From Nemertoderma westbladi (lineage: Eukaryota; Animalia; Xenacoelomorpha), in assembly GCA_032718475.1 (NCBI GenBank), contig JAUCBJ010000397.1, positions 1-48,855 on the forward strand: a stretch of 48,855 bases of DNA, in the 5' to 3' direction. Shown piece after piece: positions 36,151 through 48,855 of the stretch (the first letter of the stretch is position 1; every line of letters begins with the position of its first letter). Both the position numbers and the translations under genes were made by a program. The notes under the pieces were generated by a model. The model was not told the origin of the DNA. It made no database searches and was given only the letters and a program-made list of their open reading frames with translations.

Positions 36151-37329
36151 TTAAGCTATTTTGTTGTTTAGAATTTATGTGAATGTCATTGCTTTAGATA
36201 TTTGTTTCCATGGTGCTGCTCTTATAACTTTCTTTTAATAATTGTTTAGTGCAACTGCCATTTCACACACATTGCGCAGTGCGCATAACGTATTGAGCTT
36301 ATTATTTATACATTCTCGCAGGACGCACCCGCATTACGTATATATCTCACATGTTAGTACAGTTGTACTCTATGTAGAATAGTGTCATATTTAGTACGTA
36401 ACTTAAAACTTATATTTCCTATTTTTGCGTAACTTTTCTATATTTTCCTATCAAAAGTTTATAAATGCTACACACAGACAGACTTCTATAGTTACTTTGT
36501 CGGCCGCTGCGCTAGGGTGCGAATTGCAAGAATCCTGAAGTAGCTATAATTATAGAAGAAACCATGACATCCATCTAAATTTGGATGGTGTGACTTTTAC
36601 AAATATTGCTGTAGTAATTAATTATACACACAGACAAACCTCTATAATAGTTCCAGGGTAGACGGTCCACTAATTGTACCGATATGCTAAGGCTAATCTA
36701 GATGTCGTGCTGCTCGAAGGCCTCACGAACATTTTTGCAGAATTTCCACTGTTACGCCGTGTGTCGCACGCTATGTGTTTATTCTTAGGCCTCAACTAAT
36801 TGTGACTAATTCTCTATTTTAAATTGATTTGTTAAAGAATATTTGAATTAAATTAGCTACGTTTGTGGTATCCTTACAAGCCTTGTTATGGCTTAGATAA
36901 TTTATTTGTTTTATTGAGTATATTTTGTAAATTGTTGCGGGGCAACTGTTTAAGGGAGGGGTCGTTATGATTTGTTCACAACTAATCTAATCTATTTGGT
37001 CTAGCGGGCAGGGGGTATACGTGTATGGCGACCCCCCGATAGCGATTTTTATGAAATCGCTATGCCACTCCCCACAAATAACAAATAACATTGATAATAT
37101 TAATAGATCCCTCGCTCTGGACATCAAGAATCACTGTGAGGAACTATCAGCTGAGTGACACTGAACGAGAGACATTCGGCCTTAAACCCCGCAGACCCAG
37201 GGGAACAGACGGTACTACCCATAGTGAATGGGCCACCAACATACCACAATCTCAGAACTGACAATCACAGGGAGATGGAGTGGCTATATCCCTTTGGAAA
37301 TTTGAAGGGTTGAAGTTTTTAATAATCAA

Positions 37330-40300
37330 TATCTCAAATACTGAACTGTATGGAAGGAAACGCGGACGTAATGCTTTTAACCGAGACAGTTTTTTACTGA
37401 AGTTAGGTTTAATGATAATAATAATTACTACAATTTACATCAGCATTTAAATACAGCCAGCATTTAAACCATACACATAGAGGACGCCCATCAGGTGGAC
37501 TTTCTATTTGAATCAAACCCACCTTAAATCCCTCCCTAGTCTCCAAAACTAAATCCAATATGGCAACTTTTATAGTATTTTATATTAAACCAGATACTTC
37601 CCTAGATGATATTATTTTAAGAATCACTGAAGCTTTAACTGATACCGGCCCAGACAAACCGATTGTTATAAGGGGTGACAACGGTAAGAGGGAGCAGGAG
37701 TGCAGGACCTAGTAAACTTTCTCCACACACTGAGATTCTCACGTCTAAACGATTCCGAGGTACCAACCTATATATCCCCTCAAGGGGAAAGTATTTTAGA
37801 CCTGTTCTTTGTCCGTTACCCAGGGACCATCCCCCAACACCTTCCAAATGCTGTGGTAGAAAATAACCCTATTCGTAAACATCAAAAGGTCTTAAACTAA
37901 TGGTCTACAAGTCTCACCACCGGACAATCAAAATACTACTCGACCTCCATTGTTAAGTAGGAAGATTGTGGCGCAACAACTAACCCAAAATTTTAACACG
38001 CAGTTAATTCTAGAACATTTAGAGTCACACCAAGATGGTAATACAGGGGCAGCACTCATAACTGATGCAATAGTTGACTCTGTTCCCCACCCCGACGTGA
38101 ATCGCACTACTAGTACTACTAGTATCGGCATGCTGCATTGCAGCTGCATTTTTAAGAATGCTGTGCCGGCTTGTCGACAAAATTTCGCCGCCACAACTCC
38201 CTATCACCCATGACATTTGCTAGATCATCCGCATCTTCAAGGCCAGTGTCCTTTAAGATGCGTCTCAAGAAAGTCATGGCTGTCCACCATGCTTATTCAC
38301 TCCATGAGGCTGCCAAAGTACAAGATTATGCACTGGCTGGTCCTCACGGCGAAAGCAATGTCCTGCAAAGCGGAGGCGATTTTGTTCTAGTGTCAATGAG
38401 ACAATGAGACACCTCAAATGTTATATAGTCTCTGGTTGGAGATGTGTGCATTGCACTTAACACAATGAACCCGGCTTAGCATTCTAGTGAATGTGCCATC
38501 CAGAGATTTGGTGTCCTCAGCAGTTAGAGCCTAGCATGGACTCCCATAGATGAGTACTGGAACTACTGCTGCTCTAAATAATCGGACCTTAAGTTTCCGA
38601 TTAATTCTCGGTAACTTCCAATTCCTGGAAAGCCTATTCAAGGCTGCCCATGCCTTTCCCTTACGTATTCGAAGGTCCTCACCTGACTTCCGGATCCATG
38701 ATCCCAGGTAACAGAAGTCCTCCACATGCTCAAGCATACCATCCTTTGAGCTTATGCTCATCCGATCAGGGACTTTCTGAGAACTTTCAAAGTTAACTGT
38801 CAAAATTTTGGTCTTTCTGGAGTTAATATAAAGACCAACACTAGAAGCAGCATGTTCTAATGAGCTGAGGAGCCGTTGGGCTCCCTCTAGTGATTCTGAG
38901 AGTACTCCTAAGTCATCAGCAAAGTCTAGATCAGTTAGGTACTTGGCAGGATTTCCTCGACTTCTGGAGCCAGTAGGTGGAGTTATCATCACCCCATCAT
39001 CATTATGATGATCTAATGATGCACAGCGGTAAACCGTGGTTCGACCAGGAATGTAAAGCTAAAAAAGAAACTCCAATCTTAGCGATGGCTGTGCGCAACC
39101 AATGCGATAATGACAGGGACTATTACTGGAATATTCGTAAACAGTATAAACAGCTGATAATTAAGAAACGCGAGTTATACGAGGAGCAGCGTTTACTTGG
39201 TTTAATAGACAGCTGATATGAAACCTTGGCTTCTGTTTGAAAATCCGAAACCAACAGCAGCCCCAATCGCATTTAATACACCGGAAGCGCACTTTAGCAG
39301 TTGATTGGGTAAAGTCCAGAGCAACAATACTGACCCCACTGTCCCAGTCCCTACCAACGAGGAGTGTAAGGAAGACGCTTGGTATAATCAACCAATCACG
39401 TCAGAGGAAATTGAGTCTACTATTAACGATACAACCAATAACAAAGCTTGTAGCACTGATAGAGTTTACTACGGACACCTAAAATAGGGGCTCCCATATA
39501 TTATGTTAATACTAACTGTACTCTATAACACTTGTTTAAATATCGGCCGAGTACCAGTCAATTGGAAAGAAAGTATAATTAAGATATTATATAAATGAGA
39601 TAGTCCAATAAACAACCCCGACAATTATAGAGGGATAGCACTGTTATGTGTTATGTTAAAGATTCTCACCTCAATAATTAATAAGCGAGTACGTTTATAT
39701 GCCGCAGCAGTAATACCACCAGAGCAATCTTAGAGATATATCCCAAAAGACCCAAGGAGAGACCGACGTAAATTTTACGTAGCATTCGTCGACTTCCGGA
39801 AAGCATACGGCAGTGTAATTTGAGCGATGTTATTATACAAGTTATATAAGGCAGGTATCAAAGGGAAGTTATTAAACCTCAAAGAACATTCTCGATATCT
39901 ATATAAGTATTTTTGACGGCCCAAGACTACGTAAATTAATTAAACAATTGTGAGGGTTACTGCAGGGAGATTGTTTCTCTCCCAGTTGTTTTAACATTTA
40001 TTGCCGATTTAGCTGTGTGTCTCAGACAAGCAATTAATCATCTTAAATTCATGTTTAAATAATCCCGACGATATCCGGCATGGCCTGACGTTCTCCACGA
40101 GTGGTGCGACCGGAACTGTATGGAAGTTAAGCTTATAAAGACCAAGATTGTTAACTTCCGTAAAGGTGGACATCTTGCCCAATCGGATAATTTTACCTAT
40201 GGCGGGGAAGCTGTCAACATCACATCCGAGTATAAATACCTAGGCGTCATCCTACATCCCTCTCTATCCTTCGCTTGTCATATTAAATATAAGAAAAAGA

Positions 40301-40740
40301 ATGCGTATTCAATCATCGGATCACTAAGTAAGCTTCAACTCGTATCCATAGAAACCGGTTTAAAAATATTCAAAATGAAGGTCTCTCCTACTGTTACTTA
40401 TGCAATAAATGAAATTGGCCCATTCCTCACCCTAAATAATCTCAAAGACCTCGATAAAACGAAAACTACCTTTATTAAACGAATGCTAGGGCTACATCTA
40501 TCTGCATCCTCAACCCTAGCAATAAAACTGGTTGGCGAAAAAACTTTCGTAGAAGAATTACTCCACACCTCACCCAACATCTTTAAACAAGTCGTTATTG
40601 CCTTATATCGCAGCTTCCAAGACGAACTTTCGAAATTTCGGTATTGAAATTGCGAACTTTTAACCGAATTTTTAATGAATAGTATTCGTATAAATATAAT
40701 AATATTCGTATTTGTATAAACACGTTCGCTATTTAAAATA
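37330..40740 (+). mobile_element. Decayed LINE (AP endonuclease plus RT), clade not assigned
   Basis: Fragments LLTET, SILDLFF, KPWFDQEC, NYRGIALL, FVDFRKAY, LLQGD, KTKIV and YKYLGV in the expected order, with many stops; 5' limit uncertain. Confidence 0.85.
38108..39020 (-). mobile_element. 5'-truncated RTE-like LINE nested antisense in the older LINE
   Basis: LDFADDL, KTKIL, FCYLGS and VLIYG motifs, RTE-type C-terminus, TAG/TAGTA tail; GCAC flanks both ends. Confidence 0.88.
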
Positions 40741-40877
40741 AATGGATTTCACGCCAAAATAAACAGCATGTCGATCATTTAATAAATCTTACCATAACAA
40801 TAACCCCACACCCAAGCCAATTATCATTGACAACTGTTCTCCCTAACGGATCTGTATATACCTATATCTCCCTAATG

Positions 40878-41004
40878 TTAAACTACGCCGATTGTTTTAT
40901 TTATTACCCCTTGTGGCGGGGATATCTTTGTCTTGAGGTTTGTGATACAGCCTTCACTACATCTGGACTCAACATCATCTTTCTCACAGGATATTACGTG
41001 GCAC
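40878..41004 (-). CDS. CTL-mucin-ZP protein, exon 2 (CHVISCEKDDVESRCSEGCITNLKTKISPPQGVINKTIGVV*)
   Basis: Acceptor ttattgtttcag; phase 2 joins to YVDIK; supplies the terminal cysteines of ZP-C. Confidence 0.85.
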
Positions 41005-41321
41005 CTGAAACAATAAATTATATTCATAACTATTTCAGTATTGACATTGTGTGAAGTATCATTATGACAGGTTGATGATAAGCAAATGTGCAAAATTAAT
41101 ATATGTACAATTTTGGAATAAAATTGTTTCAATTTGGTCAACGCTTAATAATCGAATTATAATTTGTCTAAAATAAAATCTAACAAGCAAGATGTTGTTA
41201 AAAACAGGGTATAAGAAATAAATAAATAAGAAAAATAAATAAATAATAAGAAATAAATAAATAAGTTGTCAAGACATCTTCAACGTAGGTCAGGAATCCG
41301 GAACTGACAGACCACACTTAC

Positions 41322-43225
41322 TTGATGTCAACATAGTTTGACCCGTCGGCAAACTTAAAGGCTGTAAATGTAAATGACTGTTTTCTACTATCATCATTGT
41401 GTTGAAATACTACTGTTTCGTCAACAGCGCAACCATTATCAACCAGATAATGGGTGACTGATTCCTTCTCATCACCTGTGCTATGACAAGGCGTGCCATA
41501 ACAATTGTCAATAAATATTTCTAGATCCGTGTCAGTGGAATTTAGCGTGGCCATCAAAAGAATTCTCTCTCCCAGTTCTGAGTGTTGGACCGGTAGAAGT
41601 AAAAGGCTCTCAGAGTTCTCATGATACATATTTAATGTGAAATCAAATTCGCCGTCTCCACCAGTTAGGTCAGTGATGTTCCCTATAGGTGAATATATAT
41701 CTTCCAGGTTAGCATCTTCTACGTCATAGTCACATTCAACAGTTATGTAAATTGGCTTCAATCGAGTGATATTATCCTCTTCTGGAATAGGTGTACCTAT
41801 AGCTACATTACTATAAGTCAGCGTATCGTTGCCACTTTTGTATCTCATAAAGCCACACTCACTGGGAATTGTTTCCAACGTATGCTTACCATTTGTATAG
41901 TTGCCGTTGCAGTTACTGTTGCTGAAACTGAATATGTAGTTTTTCATTTGTGACGAAAAACTATCGTGTATTTCGACTTTAATCAAATTTGGTTCGCATA
42001 GCACGCTTGTAGTTGGGCAGGATATTTTGCATATTTCTGGAGTACTGTTCGTTGCTGGTGGTGGATTAGTTGTGGTCAAAAAGCCAGTTGTTCCCTCTGT
42101 TGCAACGGTTGTTGTGTGGTTTGGTTTTTTTGTTGTAGTTCTTGGTGGTGTGATTGTTTGGGTTGTGGTTATTGGTGGTGTGACTGTTTGGGTTGTGGTT
42201 ATTGGTGGTGTGATTGTTTGAGTTGTAGTTTTTGGTGGTGTGATTGTTTGGGTTGTAGTGGGTGGTTGTGTGATTGTTTGGGTTGTGGTTATTGGTGGTG
42301 TGATTGTTTGGGTTGTGGTTATTGTTGGTGTGATTGTTTGGGTTGTAGTTCTTGGTGGTGTGATTGTTTGGGTTGTAGTTTTTGGTGGTGTGATTGTTTG
42401 GGTTGTAGTTTTTGGTGGTGTGATTGTTTGGGTTGTAGTTCTTGGTGGTGTGATTGTTTGGGTTGTTGTGGGTGGTTGTGTGATTGTTTGGGTTGTAGTT
42501 CTTGTTGGTGTAATTGTTTCTGTTGTAGTTCTTGGTGGTGTGATTGTTTGGGTTGTAGTGGGTGGTTGTGTGATTGTTTGGGTTGTAGTTCTTGTTGGTG
42601 TAATTGTTTCTGTTGTAGTTCTTGGTGGTGTCCCTGAAGTTAGCATTGTAGTTGCTGTTGGTGTGGTTTTCTCAGTAGTTGGCGGTGCCGTTTGGATTGG
42701 TGTAGATGTTGATTCTGTAGTTGATGTACTGGTAGTGGTTACAAGGGGAGCAAAGAATTGGCATATGGATGGGTGGGTATCGTCTGCACAATTTACAGTA
42801 ATCCATCCTCCTTCTTGTACATCATATGTAACACAAAAACTTGTCAATGGATAATAATGTCGCCACTTATTTGTTCTGGTGTTTATTGTATCATCTGACC
42901 ACTTCCAATCTACCACAATGTTATCCTCAGTTATGGCTTCTAAACCAATCCATACCTCACTTACCATCAATTTACGATTCATCAACAACTCTATAGCATA
43001 GTCGCTATCGATATCCTTGTTCATTACGAGCAGAGCATTGTACTTATTCTGACAGAACTCTTTAGATCGATTCAATGTAGCTACCTGTACTTCAAGGACG
43101 TAACAAGTCTGGGCAACGATATCGTAATAGTAGTTGTCACCTTGGCAGCTATTTGAATCTAAAATACCTTCAACAAATGTCCCAACGAATAAAATTGATA
43201 ATATAAAAATACTCATTATTACCAT
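41322..43225 (-). CDS. Secreted C-type lectin domain, Thr/Pro mucin repeat and zona pellucida (ZP) domain protein, exon 1; ~676 aa spliced
   Basis: Hydrophobic signal peptide after Met 43225; CTLD (CY, WIGL, WKWSD); TTTQTITPPR repeats; ZP motifs (ECG, YSN, NCYGTP, LVDNGCAVD, FTFTAFKF); GTAAGT donor at 41321. Confidence 0.9.
42130..42630 (-). repeat. Coding 30-bp tandem repeat, ~17 copies (mucin linker)
   Basis: Period-30 repeat encoding TTT(Q/E)TIT(P/Q)(P/T)x. Confidence 0.95.
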
Positions 43226-43989
43226 TAAAATGTCAAGTAGATTATTAGCAATGCATGATAAATACCACTTCTGCAATTCGTTATATTGTAACCCACGTGA
43301 AACCAGCACATTTTTTAGTCTAAGATAAGATATAAATTGAATACCATAAATGAGTCATATGGATCATTTGACAATGTACACACATGTCATTTCCCAGTAA
43401 TACATTTCCTGCGTTTTCAATGACGCATACATCTGTAACATGAAAAGAATCTGATGCTGCAATACTATTTGTAATAAATGAATTGGTTTGAAAACATCCA
43501 ACAATCATTATATTGTCACGTCGTCAATTGTCTCATGTAATGATTGTTTTTTTGTCTGTTTTTTTCCTTGCTTGCATCAAATTCATATAAGACAATATTG
43601 TCGCCAATGTACCAAGGGGTTGGTCCCGAGTTTATTGCTGTTCGTTGTTGCTCAGTGTCCCACATTATTCTACCCCCATCTACTTTGTTTGGACTCCATA
43701 AAAAAGAGAAAATGTTACCATGGGCTCAATTACGCAGAATATATCCTACTGTAGGCTAATCTCAAATCGAATGCAGACGACATGCTTGTGACGGCTGCTA
43801 TGCCGAACACAACGGAACATTTCGTGTTATGAAATCACTTCGATGTGACTCATACCGACCGGTATTGACATAAGGCTACCAGCGGCGTATATAATCCCAC
43901 ACATTTCTTTACCATATACCATCTACAACACCATGAAACTTTATATATTAATAAGAGGATCCCTACCAATGCATACAGTGGAAGAGCTA

Positions 43990-44595
43990 TGTGAACTGAG
44001 TACCTCGCCCTCCTCGAACATTTACTGTAAGTCAGGTGAAGATCTTCTGATACGTAAGGGGAAGGCATGGGTAGCATTAATAATAGTCTGTCCAGGATTT
44101 GGAAGTCCCATAGATTAAACGGAATCTCAAGGTTCGATTATTTAGGGCAGCAGTAGTACCTACCAGTACTCTTATATGGGAGTCCATGCTGGGGTCTAAC
44201 TGCAGAGGATACCAAATCTCTGGGTGATAATTAAAGGTAACAAACAAAACAAACAACAAACAAAAACAAATATAATAACCTGCTCAACATACAGGTACAG
44301 GATGAGTACTATTTTGGGCTTAATGTCCATATTCTATATCTTTTGTAGTTTGTACAGTAGAGAGCAAGACTTTTGTGTTTACCTTTCAGTTTATACGTAA
44401 ATTCCTGGTTAGAACTTATACAAGAATGCTGTGCCGGGTTCATTGTTTCATGTACAATGAACACACTTCCAATCAGATTCTATACAACCTTAGTGGTTTT
44501 TTTTAATCTCCTCAAGCTTGACACTTGAACGGAACCGCCTCTGCTTTGTAGGACTTTGCTTTCATTGTGAGGACCAGCCAGTGCGTAATCTTGGT
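43990..44595 (+). mobile_element. Older RTE-like fragment with a ~200-bp internal insertion
   Basis: Collinear with the reverse complement of 38325-38740 (KSGEDL.IRKGKAW), interrupted at ~44226-44420. Confidence 0.75.
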
Positions 44596-45483
44596 TTAGG
44601 GTTCATCAGAAAAACGCAAGTGTTTATGACTTGGCTATTCATCAACGAAGTTAACAACTGAATAGAAAAAATATAGAGAAAATATATAATAGAGAAAATG
44701 TTATAGTACGTGTTCGCTGCTAGGATTGAATTAGTGTAAACGCGCACCAACACACCATTTATACTTATTGCCTATCTACATAATCTGTGCAAATACATGT
44801 TGAAAATAGGCCTAATAATAGTAAGTTGTTCTGATTTATTTAACCTGAGATAATCGATCCAGCATTGTTATGTTACAATCAATGCCATATATTGATTGAT
44901 CTTATATAGGCCGCCTAGCCTATCCTATATAAATAATGAACTAATCAATACCACCAAACTGCTGTCGAAGATTGCGTGGCTAATGATAGATCCCCGATGT
45001 ACTTTTGGTAAGCGCTATGATTCTGTCATTGAGATATATTTCGCACCTGTCATATTAGAACCAACGATTATCATATTATTATTATTTTTTGCATCAACCA
45101 TTTATTGGTTTGACTAATTAATCATGTTCCCACTTTTTCTTTTCTTTCCCTTTGGCATGTTACTTAATATACTGTGGCCTGTATAGATTTTATCACATGG
45201 CGGTGAATTAATTTGATCTGTAAATTTTTTTTAAAAATGAAATGTTGTCGATCTCCTCCAAATTCCACTTGGTTGGTAAAAAGTTTGGAACGACTGAGAT
45301 AGATTCTTAAAAAAAAGTTGCAATCTGATGCATAATCTATAATTTAGATATTATATTTATTATTATTATTTCATCCTAGACGTATGTTTTTAAGTACATT
45401 TACCATTCATAAGGCAAGGATAACTTTAACGCATGTGACAACGGTACCTTTATTAGCCATGGCGCTTGTTGTAAGTGTATCCT

Positions 45484-46575
45484 TATCATTCATAACTTAT
45501 GGGATAAATGTAATTTATCATTCATAACTTATGGGATAAATGTTATTTATCATTCAAACGTGATAAATGTAATTTATCATTCATAACTTATGTGGTAAAT
45601 GTAATTTATCATTCATAACTTATGGGATAAATGTAATTTATCATTCAAACGTGATAAATGTAATTTATCATTCATAACTTAAGTGACAAGGGTAACTTTA
45701 CCATTCACAACATATGTGATAAATGTAATTTATCATTCAAAATTTATGTGATAAATGTAATTTATCATTCATAACTTATGTGATAAATGTAATTTATCAT
45801 TCATAACTTATGTGATAAATGTAATTTATCATTCATAACTTATGTGATAAATGTAATTTATCATTAAAAACTTACGTGATAAATGTAATTTATCATTCAT
45901 AACTTATGTGATAAATGTAATTTATCATTCATAACTTATGTGATAAATGTAATTTATCATTCATAACTTATGTGATAAATGTAATTTATCATTCATAACT
46001 TATGGGATAAATGTTATTTATCATTCAAACGTGATAAATGTAATTTATCATTCATAACTTATGTGGTAAATGTAATTTATCATTCATAACTTATGGGATA
46101 AATGTAATTTATCATTCAAACGTGATAAATGTAATTTATCATTCATAACTTAAGTGACAAGGGTAACTTTACCATTCACAACATATGTGATAAATGTAAT
46201 TTATCATTCAAAATTTATGTGATAAATGTAATTTATCATTCATAACTTATGTGATAAATGTAATTTATCATTCATAACTTATGTGATAAATGTAATTTAT
46301 CATTAAAAACTTACGTGATAAATGTAATTTATCATTCATAACTTATGTGATAAATGTAATTTATCATTCATAACTTATGTGATAAATGTAATTTATCATT
46401 CATAACTTATGTGATAAATGTAATTTATCATTAAAAACTTACGTGATAAATGTAATTTATCATTCATAACTTATGTGATAAATGTAATTTATCATTCATA
46501 ACTTATGTGATAAATGTAATTTATCATTCATAACTTATGTGATAAATGTAATTTATCATTCAAAATTTATGTGAC
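45484..46575 (+). repeat. 32-bp minisatellite with an internal hairpin and higher-order duplication
   Basis: Unit TGATAAATGTAATTTATCATTCATAACTTATG; variant block AAGTGACAAGGG recurs at 45681 and 46152. Confidence 0.97.
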
Positions 46576-47390
46576 TTTCGTGAATAATAAGTGCGGAAGC
46601 AAAGGATCTAAGCCTCGATACCAAAAATATAAATATTAAAATTTAATTATTATTTACAATACGCATTTCGGGCGTGACGCCCGAAATGCGTACACGAGCG
46701 TGACGCTCGTTTAAAAAATACAACATAACAAAATTAAATAAAAATTAAATAATTTACGACAATCAAGTAGAATGGATAGGCTAATTTATAATCATATCTG
46801 TAGGTTATCTTCCCTCAAAGGATAGTATTGATGGGGTCGGGGAGGGGGGAGGGGGGGGGGGGGTGGTATTGGTGGGTGGGGTTAACCCAAATGGAAAGAA
46901 TATGGTGGGGGTGGGGTCATATTGCAGGGTAAACCTTATTGAGGGGGGTTGTAAAAGTTAATGTGCCCTGCTCCACCACATAGTCTGCGAAGGTGATTAC
47001 TAACAGATTTTATTACTGTAACAGTAAAGGTTTTCTTCCATCTCGCAGGTAAGGAAGTGATCCAATAGGATCCTTTCGGGATGTTCAAGGAGTGAAAGTT
47101 TACCCGGTCGTGCATCTCGCATTGTGGTCCGGTGTGCATTCATACGTTTATGTGTGTACTGTTCGGTGTGTCCCACATAATAAAACGATGTTGAGTAGCA
47201 TTGTTTTACTGTGGTCGCTGGTGAAGTGGATTGGTAGTTTGTTTGAGGTGGGTTTTATGTATACGGAGGTATCGAGTTTGCCGGTATTGCTGTGGCGTAA
47301 TGTGACGTCAAGGTAATTAAGTTTTTCGCCAAATTATTGTTTTAGATCGACAATTTTAAATTAATTGATTGAATATTGTTGTCTAATTGT
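46576..47390 (-). mobile_element. Degenerate Penelope-like element remnant
   Basis: Minus strand reads LNYLDVTL…LDTSVYIKPT…IHFTSDH (PLE RT thumb), then YYVGHT…KRMNAHR (GIY-YIG endonuclease), followed by a pLTR-like tail. Confidence 0.75.
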
Positions 47391-48236
47391 ATAAGGAAAT
47401 ATACAGGACACAGAGCTTAATTTTTACACTTGTATGGGTATGGCTGTAATATAACTAAAAGCCAGCAAGCAGGAAGCTGGCTATAAGACAAACGTAGTGT
47501 CGTTGGGTCCCTCCTCATTGAACAGCTTTGCTTACAGTCTGAGAGAGAGAAATGTCATTATTATTAACCTATAAAACATTTGAACGGCCCAGTGCTTATA
47601 ATTCAATCAGCTTGTGTCCCACCTCCTAGCAGTCACTAACCCTATATATATTCCGGATTCCCATAGGATTCACAGGGAAGTGCTATTCAGCTGGCGGGCT
47701 AATACATTACTATGTTTGCTTTCTGTCTGGGATAGAGTGAGATAGTAATAAATTGGGCAAGTAATATACTTCTCTGCAGTTTGGGCCTATCCATTCAATC
47801 AATAGTAGTAGCTTACTAGGCCCTCATGAGCACCAGCACCTGGTTTTTCTATCATTGAGTCTATGGCTATATTCGTGTTTTGAGGGTATTTTTCGAAATA
47901 AAAAAAGACACTTTTAAATAATTTTTTTCGAAGCTTTTTTTTACAAATCCTGGGGTTGAGCTGCGTCGATTGATATAACTTTCATTGACGGACGAGCTAT
48001 AGCTATAGTTTTTACTATTTTTGCTACTATAGCTTTACAGTAAGAAGTCCTAACGGTCTTATAATTATAGATGAATTGGAGTTGTACAAAACCATAATAT
48101 TACACCTGTAATTATATAGAATTAGATAACTGATCGCTTGTATTACTGCGGAGATGACCAATTCGTGTGGGATAGAACTGTACATGTCTTATACGTCCAT
48201 TGCGACAATTGTATACTCGGGGCGGCTACGAAGAGT

Positions 48237-48855
48237 AATTAGTTCACGTTTAAATCAAGGGAGCTAGCTAGGTAGGCTGCGGAGATTGTTGATAGGGGAC
48301 GTAAATAATGGTTGAGCAATCTGGCGAGTGGTGTTAAGAATATTAATACGATAAAAATATCCGAAATGGAACGAATACTTAATGATAAAACCAAATACAA
48401 AAACTTTACCGCGACCCCACTGCTAATTCTTGAACGCAATTATGGGAACTATTACAAGATATGAATATAAACAATAAGTATAAATTCATATTTGTAGGGT
48501 CTATTACTTTTTTTACGTTCCTCGAAACAATATTTGCCAGTCTGCTGTGTACTTTACTTTATAGCCCTATAAAATCCGGTTCCAGGACACATTAGTGTTT
48601 AGGGTTTCACCTGGCACTATATCAAACCAGTAGGGACATCGGATACCTTTTCATAAACTTAAAAGACAACAAGCCTGCAGACTAATGAATCACGCAACCT
48701 AGTGACCGTATCCTGCCGAAAGGGCGTCCCATTGTATGCAACACTGGCGCTTTCTTTACACCACTAGCCAGATTGCTCAACCATTATTTACGACCCCTAT
48801 CGACAATCTCCGCAGCCTACCTAGCTAGCTTCCTCGATTAAACCGTGAACTCATT
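48237..48855. mobile_element. MITE-like inverted repeat, probably extending past the window end
   Basis: 48240-48335 is the reverse complement of 48758-48852 with few mismatches. Confidence 0.75.

Noticed and set aside
42027-42854. Cys/Trp-rich and Val-rich plus-strand ORFs
   Set aside because: Antisense readings of the mucin repeat of the minus-strand gene.
43226-43309. 5' extension of the 663-aa ORF
   Set aside because: The signal peptide begins after Met at 43225 (or 43216); the upstream stretch is probably untranslated.

Overview
Repeat-dense, AT-rich eukaryotic (invertebrate animal-like) genomic window; the species cannot be determined from sequence alone. Four host genes can be reconstructed. 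(1) A galectin-like gene on + with exons 2851-3043 and 10216-10431, 5' end not located, only partly seen by the ORF track. (2) An intronless SPPL2-type aspartyl intramembrane protease on - (16705-18477). (3) Head-to-head with it, a three-exon Max-like bHLH-ZIP gene on + (22097-35038) with an 11.7-kb second intron. (4) A two-exon secreted C-type lectin/mucin/ZP-domain protein on - (40878-43225). The rest is layered mobile DNA: a full-length degenerate Ty3/Gypsy (Mag-like) LTR element inserted in a 19-bp satellite, a decayed LINE carrying a nested RTE-like LINE, a Penelope-like remnant, many MITEs with TA, TWA, TTAA and 8-bp target duplications, tRNA-derived SINE heads and several minisatellites. 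The top lead is a complete hammerhead-ribozyme core with four predicted helices in a non-standard strand order (15094-15165), at the centre of a near-perfect 265-bp inverted duplication. The second lead is a dense cluster of transposon-footprint-like motifs between the SPPL2 and Max genes. All calls were made by eye; no searches or folding programs were run.
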